Under the pieces are notes generated by a model. It was not told the origin of the DNA. It saw only the letters and a list, made by a program, of their open reading frames with translations, and searched no databases. From positions 21,762,001 to 21,826,000 of the forward strand of contig CM060733.1 of assembly GCA_030704615.1 (NCBI GenBank): a stretch of 64,000 bases of DNA, in the 5' to 3' direction. This document shows, piece after piece, positions 1 to 12,499 of the stretch. This stretch comes from Takakia lepidozioides. Lineage: Eukaryota > Plantae > Bryophyta. A program made the translations under genes and the position numbers. Numbering within the stretch: the stretch's first letter is position 1; every line of letters starts with the position of its first letter.

Positions 1-28
1 CAGAAAGTGCGTTGGGAGAGAGAGGCAC

Positions 29-3000
29 CTGACAATCCATGAGCACCAAGTCAAAAGGCTGTGACTTCACTGTTCCGGCGTAATCTTCCTCAGGAATATC
101 ACCACTGGTTGATGCTGATGCTGACAAGACTGGCTGAGGTAGGTTAGACAGGATGAGCCGTGCAGCATCAGCACCATTGTCAACACATACCACACTAGCA
201 CCCAGTCGAAGGAGCATGGTTTTCGTAAGCTTCTGAAGCACATGGTTGTCTTCGGCCACTAATATATGCATGCCTGCAAGCGAATCTGGTGGACCCATTA
301 TCTCACTCTCTCTTGAGCTTCTCTTGAGGGGGACTGAGGTTGTGCTGCTTTGTGGGATGGCTCCGAGACTCAAGGCGCGCATAGGAGCTTTCTCTAAAGC
401 CTCTGCCTCTGCATGTGATGGGTCCTCTTGATCCCTCTGTAGGTCATTTAAATCAATCTCCTTACTGCATTCCTGTTCTGCTCTTCCATCCAAGGTTGAC
501 CTTACATTTGCCGGACTGTTTGAGACAAAAGGGAGAGTATCTCCCTTGATGTCTGTCTCTGAAATTTGTGTCTCCAATCTTGTATCTACTTCTGACGACG
601 TTGTTGATGAGAGACGTTGCCAGGGGTATGCCATGCTTTCCTTGAGATCCAACATTGAGACTCTGCCTGTGCTTCTGGACATGTCTTTGCTGTCGAGTAA
701 AATCTCCACCTGCATCGAAGTAGGGACAAGGCTTAACCTAGCTTGATCAACTCATGCTATCTACAAGACTTGACAAAGGTTTCTGCTTTTTGATGCATTA
801 TTGTTGGTCTCCCTTGCATATATAGAGACCAAACATAAAAAAGACAACAGAACTTTGTCCGCAGAAGGCCCAGAGGACCCACTGGACAGAGAGCAGTAGG
901 AATGAGTTTGAAATGAACGTTAGTACCACGATTATAGAGAGAAGACTCTGGCCAAAGACAGCATTAATAAGAGCCTCTTTCCCTTGCAGGGACTTACCCC
1001 TGTCGGGGTTGGGGCTCTGTTCAGTATTTGTTTTAAGACATGCAAATCTCACCAAGCAGCTGCCTACACGAACTGTGGAATTCACTTCCGAGGCCAAGAC
1101 CTGAGCCTCTAAAGCAACCTTGATGTGTCTTGAATCAACAGGCCAGAAAAGTAGCAGTCGATTATTGAGCCTCAGTGGATGCATTTCAACTTTGTATTGC
1201 AACATACTTCATCAACTCAAATGGTCCAAAGAAGAAAACATGTGACGCATCGCTACCTATGTTTGAAGTAGAAACAGACATGAAGGTGCATGCAGAGGTA
1301 GAGCCTTGAAGGATTGAGGAACAACTTCATCAAGAAAGTGTACCTGTTCCCACAGGGTCCGAAGCCGCGAGCTATGAAGAGGCTTATGCAGAACAAGATC
1401 GCAGGGGACTGCTCCTTTCTTCCTCTTGAGACCAAGAAGGGACGCACCTGGGGTGTTGGCCGTGATAAGCCACACCACCTTCACTAATGCTGATTGGTCA
1501 GAATGATCTGCCAACCCCCCTTGCAAATCCAGGAACAGTTCCTCCATAGAATCAGGGGCCATAGCCAAGTCGATCAGTACTAGGAGACGAGACTGCCCTG
1601 CATTAGGGCTGGTTTTCTTTGAAGAATTGATCGGGACATCACTAGCAAGTTCTTGGAGTGATGGTGTAGACACAAAACTGATTCTGCTAGCACCCGCTCC
1701 CCTGTGCCACTGGGTGGCATCCAAGCCCTCAGCCCATGACACAGAAGGGCCCCCTTGTACGGCTTTGACAAGTCTGTCTGGTGATGGGGCATAGTTCCCA
1801 CTAACGAAGACCTTCTGCTTTATCTTATCAAACATGGGAAGAAAGTCCTCCCAGTGGCTTACTGACCATACCTGCCAAATCATTTGCTTTGTCAGATTGG
1901 CGGAAGACTGGGTTACGATTTCAAATCTCAAAAGCCAAGGTAAAATGAAGTAAAGTGAAAGCATAAGACAAATGCCTATTCTGGCATGTACAAAAAGAAA
2001 CCCGTAGGGTGTGGCTTGCCTTACCAAGACTAGGGCAGCCTCTCTCTGTCAAAAATATGGACCTATGGTACCTTTGAACTAAACTTGCCAAGAAATAGGA
2101 TGGACTGATACAATATGAGCTCTGCAATCACCACAACCTACTTCTCTACATTTAGAAAATGTTTAATATCATATTGGCATTCATATTAAAGAGCAGCAAC
2201 AGTCCAACATAAAGGTAGAAGGGAAATGAGGTCAACCTGAAGCCCACGCCGCTCCAACCATCTCTTTACCACTGTTTTCCCTGCTTGCCCTTGCATAGCA
2301 AGCAACACATGAACTCCTTCAACCTGCGGAGGGGAACTGCCACGGCCTGATGCATAGGTGACCACCCGAGGCCTCTCCAAGGGCCATTTCCAGTTTACGT
2401 CACCACTCTTCGCGTCCGTGGATGCTGCCTGGTAGCCCATGATTGTAGGGATGTTGGAAGGTTGTTTGGAGCTTGGCTCTACTGGCTTGTATGTTAGCTC
2501 CTCTGGAGTACACGGGAATATGAGATTGAACCGGAAGCATGTACCCGGCTCACCAGGATCCTTATCAATGATGCTGATTTCACCCCGCATCAGACGCACC
2601 TGCCAAAGTTGATCCATATACCCAGTTAATCCTGTTAAGAAAGAAAGAGAGAAAGAGACTTTCATGAAGTTTGTTGACAAGAAATCCCTTCCAAAACAAT
2701 CAAACCATGCCCGCGAAGGGGTGGGTACTTCCAAACACATAGAACTGGGGTCCTGCAACATATGCTAACACAAGCACACAAACGGATTCTCACCAAGGAG
2801 TGGACAATGCCAAGGCCAAGGCCTGTTCCTCCATGCGTTCTGGGAATAGTCGAATCAACTTGCACAAAATTTTCAAAAACTGCCTTCCGTCTATCAGGGG
2901 GGATGCCCTTTCCAGTGTCGTCCACTTCGAACTCGAACTCCACTTCATTGCGGGCAGCAGAGTAAACATCACTTTCTGCTTCGATTGGCTTGTAGCTCCT

Positions 3001-6000
3001 CCTGCCCCCAGGCAGCCAATTCTGGATGCCCTTTCCAAAGTACCCAAACAGGCCTCCACCATCACGAGGGCTAAAAGTCACAGAACTTGTCCTCTTGGGC
3101 CATGCCCGTAGCACCACATGACCCTGGCTGGTGAACTTCACGCCATTGCTGAGAAGGTTTGAGAGCAGCTGCTTGACACGACCCGGATCACCATGCACAC
3201 GTGACACATCATGGATTGATTCATCAGGAAGGTCAAGCACCACCTCTAGACCTCGCTGCATCCCCACAACTGCAAACATGTCCACAACCTCTTCCATAAC
3301 ATGCACAAGGTCAAACTCTGTCTCCTCCAATTGCAGTTTTCCAGCCTCGATCTTGCTCATGTCTAGAATTGTGTTTAGTATTCCTGGAAAACAGCAGAAC
3401 AGATTATCATTTATTTGAGTGTCACACCACCAGTGCATCTACTAAACTATTGGACAATTCCAGCCCTAGTGTTGGAGATACAAACCCCGATATACTTGCT
3501 AAGAGTTACCATTACAAGACTGTTGCAAATGAAATGAATAGAGAATGCAAAAGACAGAAAGGAAGAAAGTTATTTCTCCCATCTGCAGGAGAGACTTTAC
3601 TCAAAAGATTGCTGGCCCATAGAACAATTCAGATTCAAGGTGCAACATGTTGGTAGCCTCCTGGATCACAGCCTGATGTGTACCAATGTCTAAGTTTGAT
3701 TCTTAACCAACCACATCCTGAAGGCTTACCTACAGCTACTTCTCCCTACAAGACATCCTTGCAAAGAACCCAAAGCCATGATAATCACCATTTAAACAGC
3801 CGTAGTCAGTGTTCAACCTAGAGACAGGACTGGTGCTAACACTGGAGAATACAAAACCAAGGGCCATTGACAAATGCAAAGACGACCCACCCAATAAATT
3901 ATTCGCACAGGACTTCATTTGTAACAGATTGGATTCGAGCTCTGACAGTTCTTTGGCGTCGCAGAGGCAAAGATCGATGAGGCCAAGAATAGCGGCCAGT
4001 GGCGTGCGGAGGTCATGGCTCATGCTGGCAAATACCATCGACTTGTGGGAGCTCTTTGACTCAGCCTGCTTGGTGGCCTCCAGTTGCTGCAGTAGAGCGG
4101 ATCGTAACCGCATTTCATTGCTCACACCTTTGGTGAGGACCACTATGAAGAAGCAGCCCACAGTCCCCACACACATAGCCAGCACCACTAACAATGCCAG
4201 TGTGACATGGCTGCGGCTGTCGGTTGGGCCCCATATGCTCTTGCGTTGGAGTATCATCACACTCACCTGCACAATATTTCCGAGTATGTTTGAGAAACGC
4301 CATGCAAGATAGAAGCAGTTGAACACAGAGTTTCATATATAGACTACAGGAGCTAAGTGGAGGCAGAAATCATTAGTCTCTCAGTAAAGGACCTAGAGTG
4401 TATCGACTTTGAACGATGTCCTTGACTAGTGCTAATGGGTCCTGAGCCACGGGATTGGGTGAAGGAAACGAGAACTACCAGGGTTGTATTAGCCATTTGG
4501 AAAGGGGCACTGTCGAGAGTGTATTGTGCGCCCCCAATAAGCACATTATCAGCCTGGAATGCCTGCTTGCTGAGCAGTGTCAGATTGTTCTCCACCTTCG
4601 CCAGCAGAAATTGAGCAGCTCCTGCTACCACGGAGTTATTTGAGTTTGTTGCATTTGGCAAGATAGGCTCCCCCAAGTCTCCAACATTCATTCCAATGGA
4701 TACTCCGGTCTGGGATAGTAGCTTGTTATCTTCGGTTGTAATATAGAGATCACCTCCTTGAAGATTGAGATTGGTAAGGACGGAGTTGATTCTTGCCATA
4801 GAAACCCCTACCACTGCTAGACCGACAGGGTCAGCTATTGCACTCTGCCAGACCGGAGAGAGTGAGAGAAACAATAGATCACCTGACCCTGAAACCATAA
4901 AACCCCAAGATGTCGTACCAAGCTGAGTGCGCAAGCTTCTCTTGAATAGATTGCTTTTCCAGTATGGTAAGGCAGAAAAAGGGGTTGCGTCCCCCATTGG
5001 CAAACCTGTGTTTGAATCTGCGGACTGCCGATAACATTTGTACAAAGGTTGAGTTGAAGAATGATCATCTCCCAGGCTTGTCCGAGAATCCATATGGGGG
5101 TCTGAGGGGAGAAACTTCCCTACGGAGGGAGAGGGATTGGACACATTCGAAAAAATGAGAGGAGTGTCCTTGAATTCTGAAGAATAAGAAACAAACATGC
5201 CGTCTTTGCCAAAAAAAGAGACCTGATACTTATCAGGGAGGGCCGAATAAATTGGAAACAGGGCAGGTCTCACCTGTTACAATCATCACGCATGTCAGCC
5301 GAGGTACAAAATCAAGAGCCCTAATCCATATAATAGCAGGGATTCTCAATGCAACAACACCACATAACAAACTGGAAGATTCCCAATTAGATTTCTACCA
5401 ATTTACTATCCAACTTGCCTAGGAATTCCTCATCAAGTAATTGATGGTCGTGGAGCCCATCATACAGTGGAAAGGTTCAGCAGAGATGAAATTGTAAAAG
5501 AGAGTACCCAGGAGGAAGTCAAACCTGGCTCTCCAAGGTTGAAAACAAAGAAAAGTTGGACCATATGAGAGGGGAGCTGAGTAGTCGTGCGAGAGAGAGA
5601 GAGGACAGGCTGTTCTCTAGCAGGATCGCTCCCGTGGTATCTTGAGTCTGCGCTAAGAGCTCATGTCGAAGAGCTGATGCAACCACCCTCACTGAACTCT
5701 CAGCATGCGTTGATGTGAAGTACCACGTGAGTAAAGTCATGACTGTTATCAACACCGCCAGTGCTCCCTGCCAGTCCAGCCTCTAAAACCTTGAGCAGCC
5801 AATCTCTTATCTATGCATGTGTGTTGAGGATTTGAGTGACATTGATTTGATCAATTGCCCCCACTCTCACAACCAGTGTCATCTTTCTGTCTTTCCCATG
5901 GACGTTCAAAAGTTTTAACCTTGTGTTGGTTCAGGAGCCTCATCAAAAGAAGGATTGATAGGCCACCTCGCATTTTGGATGAACCACAAAGTAGGTGTAA

Positions 6001-7247
6001 TGTAAGGAGTGTGTCGTAATTGCATTGTGGGGTCTAAGCAGTGTCTGGGTGACATTAAACAAGAAGGGCCTGCCTCAAACACTTTCTGGAATAGCTGGAG
6101 TGGGAGGGGTTTGTAGTCACATCTGTTGCTACATGACCGTGGGAGGTTGTATCTGTAGTCAATCCCTACCTTCCTGGTCCTGAGATAGCTACAATGCATA
6201 CAACTGCTCAGTTTGTCATTATCAAGCTGCTACGGAGGCAACCTCACACCTGCATTGGTGTGACAGGGGTTCCCCTAATTGGGATGCAGATGAGCCAGAA
6301 AAGCTTAGAAAGGAACACAACAAATCTTTTATTACATTCTCTTTCATGGGCAGTTCTTGCACACTTGTGCCTCACATACATTCCCTTGCACACAGCATCA
6401 CCCGCCTATGTTAAGGAGAGAAACATGACCACAAAATGTGGATGGAAGTCTGCAATAATGCTGCAATGTGTTCACTCAACAAGTCCAACAAACAGGGCTG
6501 ATTGACTTTAAAGGGTGCATGAAAGGAATAGAAGCTTAGATGATATCTAAACACAGTCCTCAATGATACTCTATCTTCTGTGACCCATTACGCACATGGA
6601 CATTGCCAATATTTGGGTTCAGCGCTCCCCAGAACGACTTATGCTTGGCTTTTAAGGTCTATCCCCATCCTCGTCCATCTTTACTGCAACTATGCCCTAC
6701 AGCTTGTGACAACTCTGTGAACTTCGTGAACTCACAGGTGAAACACTAATATAGGGTATTCCCTTGACGATGGTGTCAAAAGCGTCTAGATGAGCTGATA
6801 AACACAGAAATGGATGACTCCTTCGTGCAGTAGTGTGCATTATCATATGATCCTAAAAGCTGCACTTCTACCACTTCGCTCAAAGATAGGGGAGAGAGAG
6901 ACAGAGAGACAGACCGTGATTGTGAGCCGAGTTACGAGAATAGTATCGCAGCCCTCACTCGGGTTGCAGAAACACGCCCGCGCCATTCCCCTAAAGCCAA
7001 TGGTTTCTAAGTCCTCAACCTCGCCTGTCCATTCATGCGGAGTCGCGGACGAGTCTGAGGCGGTTCTACTCTCCGCTGCTTCACCGCTGCTTTTCCGATC
7101 CTTGGAATTGACTGGAGGCAATCTAGCTCTGGATGCTGGTCTCTTCAAGAGTGGGACCTCCCGGCCATCACCTTCCATTCTACGCATCTCTGTACCCACA
7201 TCCACTCGATGCTCGATCGAATACGGACGAACCATGTGCACATCCAC
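29..7247 (-). CDS. CKI1: CKI1-like hybrid sensor histidine kinase (2 TM, extracellular domain, HisKA, HATPase_c, receiver); 3' end runs off the window
   Basis: Phase-consistent GT-AG exons: 7247-6936, 6229-6170, 5767-5525, 5273-4479, 4266-3891, 3383-2794, 2599-2237, 1871-1344, 709-29. H-box FASMSHDLRTPL, N-box SNGVKFT, G1/G2 EVDDTGKGIP...GGTGLGLGIV, receiver HILVAEDN...FDLVLMDCQ. LQQLEATKQAESKS and SLVRLMRGEISIIDKDPGEPGTCFRFN resemble CKI1 more than AHK1. The first two exons are less certain; an alternative ATG lies at 6199. Confidence 0.88.
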
Positions 7248-10246
7248 TTTATACTAACACACAGGATGACAGACCTTCCATGACTTGTGCACTATAGTCC
7301 TGCATCTCCATCTCTTTGTAGACCCAGACTCTGTAATTAGCCATGTATCGATCTCAGCTGCAACTGAAGCATCACAATACCCCTCCGGCAACAAATGCTG
7401 CATGGGATTCACAGCATGATGCCGACCCATTTTGCTCATGCTCCGATACATATGAATGCAAGCGCTCCAGTGTAAAGAGCTTCATCAATACTCGTCACCG
7501 CATCAGTGCCCACCTCGCCAAACTGACAAGGTCCATGAGAACTCCCCACAGATGAATCAGATGCAGCACCCTGGATCGGCAACCGCAAATTCCTAAGACT
7601 TCTGTTCACAGCATGGAACACCGCACACTCTCCACCGAATCAAACCACAATCTGGCCTGCTTCTTCACCTTGCGTACCCTACTCCCGCCTTCCGCTCAAA
7701 TGCGCACCTCCAGACAAGTGCAGAAGCTGCGCATGCATTAATGAGCGCAAACAGTACCAGCAGATTGCTCTCCCTCCTCACAATCTTCACTCTCCTCTGT
7801 AATGCCAAGCCTTGCAGCCTGGAAGCCAACCGGCTCTTCCAGTCACACCTTGAGCTCACTCCCTAGGTACCGTCAGCATCTCCTTTTTCCTTTGGATTTA
7901 CTCGTAATGTTTCCTTGGTTTGTAAATCTGTTCGATCTTACATTTTCTTAATCTAATCATCTTATCCTCCCGTAACCATAACCCTGCTGCTGCGGCCTCT
8001 GACAAGACTCTGCCTAGTGCAGGTGAGATATGCATAGCATGACTGCGAGCGTGCAACGCGAGGTCTTCATTGCAGCGACCCCCCACATGCAAGTTTCAGA
8101 CTGGGTAGCAAAAGAATTGGAACTGGGTTTCAAGCATGGAGGACCGAGATGAATCAGATGATGATGATGATTTTGATGATGCTGGGCAAGCGCACGGTGT
8201 GGTTTGTCCGGACGCTGGGCCGAGCTTTGTGCGGAGGTAAACAAGGGGCGTCAGTCACGCGGTACAAATATACAAACACCAAGATTCTTACGCAAGTTGA
8301 GTGTGTGTGTACTTGTGAAAAGCTGCAAGTGGGAGGGCACATTTGAATGATCCGTGACAGTTGGGGCCGGGAAGGGCGGCACGGCAGCAGCCCACTTGCA
8401 AGTCTGGGCTGACCTGCTCGCCGCACAATCAGCTACCCAGTTCCTGCCTTATTTTGTAATATATACATACACAGCCTGCGGGATGGGATCTCCTTTGCGA
8501 CCATTGCAATCGGTGGGCTCCAGAGCTGGTTTTCAAGTTGAAGATAAAATGACGACAGAGACTGCATACCTTACATTTTAAGGTGTGTGAGTAGGTGTTG
8601 GTGTTGCGGTGCAAACGTGTAAACAGACATCTCTGATGAGTGGACATGGAAAAGTGCAAAGACTGGTGATGACAAGGCGCTCGAGAGACTAAAATTAAGG
8701 GGAGGCAGTCTAGCTGTAAAAGAGGCCATGTGGTCGGGAATCATCCGTTCATTTAGGCAGCATGTTCGCCACCCTTTCCTTTGTGTGGGAAACAAGGCGA
8801 ATTAGGTCTGCCGGCTTCCCAAGCTTACTTACATAGTTACTACTTAGAGCTCGATGTAACCCTGATTTGAGATAAGCACTTGCAGGCTTACATCACACTG
8901 TGACGTCGCCACGATGACGTTTGCCGAACATTTGGCTTTGGTAAAGTATCTACGAGAGGTACTGGTAGCCTGAAGGGTTGATTTGTTTTCTCCAAGACGA
9001 TCCCAGATTTCTTTTCTTTGTGGGTCGATCATCAGGTCGATGTGAGTACGGTGGGCCCAACAATTTTAATAGTCTATTGCCGAAAAGGAGTGACAGCAAT
9101 GTGAGTCGTGAGAAAATGGGGTCCCGGCCCAAGCTTCACCCCATGCTTCTGAACTTTCTGAACTTTCGGTGAGTCCACGACAGCTAAGTTATCCAAACTT
9201 TGCACGAATTTTGAATGGAAAAACGTCGATGATGGAAGGATCCTCCTCTTAGGGCTGGAAATGGCTATGACAGATGGCTTTGGTGTCAGTGCAAGTGGGT
9301 GGTGTCACTTTTTCCGGTGCGGTGACCGATCCACATGTTGAGCAGAGAACTTGTCAAATCCAACTTTCAATCTGTTGGCCTTTCAGGATTAGTGCACAAC
9401 AAGTTATAGATTGTGTTTGCTTGCAGAAATATCAGGCGATGGTCTAGACCTAGTGAATCAAAGAGCAAAGACTAAAGTATAAATATAGGTATTGAGTCAA
9501 CTTCCAACTTTTGGGAACCATGAGTCGCAATAAGAGCTCATGATTGGGATGCCTGCTCAGAAAGAAGCTGCAAGTTGCAGAGCAAGTGGGCAATCTCCCT
9601 CTCTCTCTACTCCACTATTAGCCATGTACTTAGTACTATGTACCTGCCTGCCACAGGCCTACGTCCTTCAACGTGGGTTGTAGAGTTGAAGAGGAGCTAC
9701 AGACTACAGACTAGCCTAGTTGATGCACCCACTTGCACATGATCTGACACTTACACTGTGTGCAGCAGCGAAGAACTTACAGCCCAAAAAGAGCAGAGCG
9801 TACTGCTTTCAATGCTCCAAGTACTGCAATACTGCAGGCCCGACTGACGATGATGGATATTGGCTTCGTGTTATGAACTCGGCTGCGATTTACTTATGAA
9901 TTCTTTGGCATCCGCTACACTGGAGTCATATCAGGCGGCCAGCATGAATGTAGACGAAGCCAATGAGCTGCTTGGCCGAGCGAGAACGAAACCGAGAAAG
10001 ACCAGTTGGTAGTTGCCTGGCCACCATCACTTCACCTTGCTGTAGCAGTCCTTTCCTAGACCTAAATTCCTTACTATATGTAGTTTCTCAACTTCAACAA
10101 CACACTAAAACCTTTCATGTTTAGGTCAATGGTAACCAAGTAGCATGTCATTGGCAATGAAAGAAAACATAATAAGATATTAGAGGTAGGACGGTACAGG
10201 GATCCAAACAAGCTATGAAGCATTGTAGCAACAGAAAGAGGCTACA

Positions 10247-10474
10247 GCACATCAGCTGGTAAGTGCACACTGTGTCGCCCTGGTGGTTCGGGGTTCAAAC
10301 CCGCTGCCCTGCCTGGTGTGTGGATTGTTCGTTCTGGTGGTGACGTTTCCCACCTGTGTGCCTAATGGCTTATCTGAAAGGGGGTTAATTTTTCCCCCTC
10401 CTCAAGGGCCTGAATTGTGAGCAGTAACTCCCAGGTTTCCTTTTAAATTTTATTTTTATTTTTATTTATTTTTT
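10247..10474 (+). mobile_element. tRNA-derived SINE (family A), full length
   Basis: A-box-like CAGCTGGTAAG, B-box GGTTCAAACCC, 3' tail AAGGGCCTGAATTGTGAGC..CTCCCAGGTTTCC, (TTTTTA)n end. 12-bp TSD AAAGAGGCTACA at 10235-10246 and 10475-10486. Confidence 0.85.
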
Positions 10475-10677
10475 AAAGAGGCTACAAAGACATGATCTCT
10501 CTCTGCAAACGTATTTATTTCCTACATGTTTAATAACGGTCTATTTATTACATGCATTTGTATGGTATAATTTGTAGAGTATCAACTTATTAACCACTAA
10601 ACATTATTCTTTTAGTAAAAATAAAGGGAATTACCCCTGGGTGACCCAAATCAGGCCCCTTAAATTATAGTGAGAGG

Positions 10678-11234
10678 TTATTTGCAGTGTTGGGCGGTTA
10701 TTTGATTGTTTTCATATCCGGCGGTTCCGGTTGCTTTAAATTTTAGGAAACTATTATCCTGCAACACATCGGCTGGTAGTGGTAAGTGCACAACGTGACG
10801 CCTTGGTGGTTGGGGGTTCAAACCCGCTGCCCTGCCCTGTGTGTGTGGATTGTTCGTGATGTTCTGTCTAGATGTTATCGTCCTGTGTGCTTCCATCGCC
10901 CATAACCGGCAAAGGCTCATGACCGCCGGTTACGTAGTTTTGAGATAACCTGCTTGAAAACCGTCAAAGATCCGCCAAAGACGCGCTGGTTATTTGATGA
11001 AAACAGCCGGTTCTTTGAGGTTCTTACAATTAACCGGAACCGGTGGTTCTCCCATAAAAAATAAATGAAAAAACCGGAACCTAAAATTTTGTGAAAACCG
11101 GAACCGGAGGTTATGTAAGAAATCAAATAACCGCCCAACACTTGTTATTTTCTCCTCTCACTATAATTAAGGGCCTGATTTGTGAGTTGTCGCTCCCAAG
11201 TGTTTCCCTTTCAAAGAAAAATAAAAATAAAAAA
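10678..11234 (+). mobile_element. 5'-truncated family-B SINE inserted antisense into another family-B SINE; itself interrupted by a MITE
   Basis: TTATTT[MITE]GTTATTTTCTCCTCTCACTATAATTAAGGGCCTGATTTGTGAG..CTCCCAAGTGTTTCCC plus A-rich tail; flanked by 7-bp TGAGAGG. Confidence 0.7.
10685..11143. mobile_element. hAT-type MITE (AACCGG-rich) containing a family-A SINE head at ~10762-10911
   Basis: TIRs CAGTGTTGGGCGGTTATTTGATT / AATCAAATAACCGCCCAACACTT; 8-bp TSD GTTATTTG / GTTATTTT; subterminal AACCGG motifs. Confidence 0.8.
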
Positions 11235-11793
11235 TGAGAGGAGGAAATAACCTCTTTCATAGTAACCTCGCCATGAGGTGCCAAACAAGGCTCTAGAACC
11301 ACAGCCCAAGGGAGGCAGGATTTGATGTAGCAGGATTTGAACCCAGAATCACCTGGGTGGCACTCAGTGCTCTATCCAACTGAGCTACCGTGAGGTAGAC
11401 ATTGATTTGCAGATTTTCTGCCAAAGTGTGCAGTGTGAGGCAGTGGGGTTTTCTGTTTTAGTTTTTTTTGTTTCAAATTTCCAAAATCGCCAGGCCCATG
11501 TGGCGAGAACAACAAGGTGGCAAGCTACAAAAGTGGCTAGTAACAAACGGGTGCACGAGGGAAAACTAGGTAATAAGGCTCCTGACATTCAACCATGTAG
11601 GGGCGAGGGCGAAGGTGAGAGAAAAGGAAGAACAGAAGGCGAGTGTTTGGAGGGGTGGTTGACGAGGCAGGGTAGGACATGGTGGTGCGTCAGGCATGAC
11701 AAGCCACGGAGGGGCATGCACTGGGAGAGCAGGATATGGCGGCCCTGCGTGGTACCCACACCCATCACCCTGCCGTCATATGCCCTACCATGC

Positions 11794-12031
11794 TCTCAGT
11801 GACGCTGCTTCTTGCTTGATTCCTGCTATTTCTTGACCAATCTCTCACCTGCGTGGTGAATCATCGCATGCACAGAAAGGTGGAGCCGATCAGGCGTGGT
11901 CTCAGTGACGCTGCTTCACACCCACGTAATTTCTTGCTTGATTCCTGGCCGTATACTTCTATTTCTTGACCAATCTCTCACCTGCGTGGTGAATCATCGC
12001 ATGCACAGAAAGGTGGAGGCGATCAGGCGTG
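11794..12031. repeat. Local tandem duplication, two copies of ~105-130 bp
   Basis: TCTCAGTGACGCTGCTTC...CAGAAAGGTGGAG.CGATCAGGCGTG occurs at ~11794 and ~11900. Confidence 0.85.
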
Positions 12032-12499
12032 ACCATCGCATCACCCAAATTCTGCAACCATTAGCTGTCTGGAAAGTTCTTTTGAATCCGGAGGTCTCAT
12101 ATTCAAATATGATTTCAACGGTGGTCCCTCCACGCCCCCACCCTTTCTGCTCTTTAGGGCACGGCAAGCACAACTCTGCTTTGGCCTCTCCCTTAGGGGT
12201 CAGTAGAAGAAACTCTTGAAGGCAACGGTCAAATCACCGAAGTCTCCTTCTACTCTGTCCCGGATCCCTCTGGGTGCCCTTGTGCAAATTTTGAAGTATA
12301 GAGGTGCGATCTCCCAACCGAGCTTACCCACCACCAGTTTTGAATTGCTGTTGAAAAGTGATTGAATGCACATGAACGGATTGCCCTGGGCATGATGGAA
12401 ATTTTCCCCACAAAGAGATCCATTCATTGCTAGGCTCCATCCTGTAGACACAACGATGAAGAATTTTTTGGCTCTAGTAATCTAACAAGTTGTGTGGAG

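Larger units (their letters stand above)
10615..11396 (-). mobile_element. tRNA-derived SINE (family B) split by a nested insertion at 10678-11234
   Basis: Minus-strand head GGTAGCTCAGTTGG...TGCCAC...GGTTCAAATCC (~11390-11330). Body matches the SINE at 33952 up to CCTCTCA (11235) and resumes at 10670-10615. TGAGAGG is duplicated at 10671-10677 and 11235-11241. Confidence 0.75.

Noticed and set aside
798-1205. 135-aa ORF as an extra kinase exon
   Set aside because: Exon 1871-1344 splices in phase directly to 709; the ORF has no domain similarity I recognise.
10615-11235. Fold-back palindrome or miRNA precursor
   Set aside because: The inverted arms are explained by an antisense SINE-in-SINE insertion with a TGAGAGG TSD.
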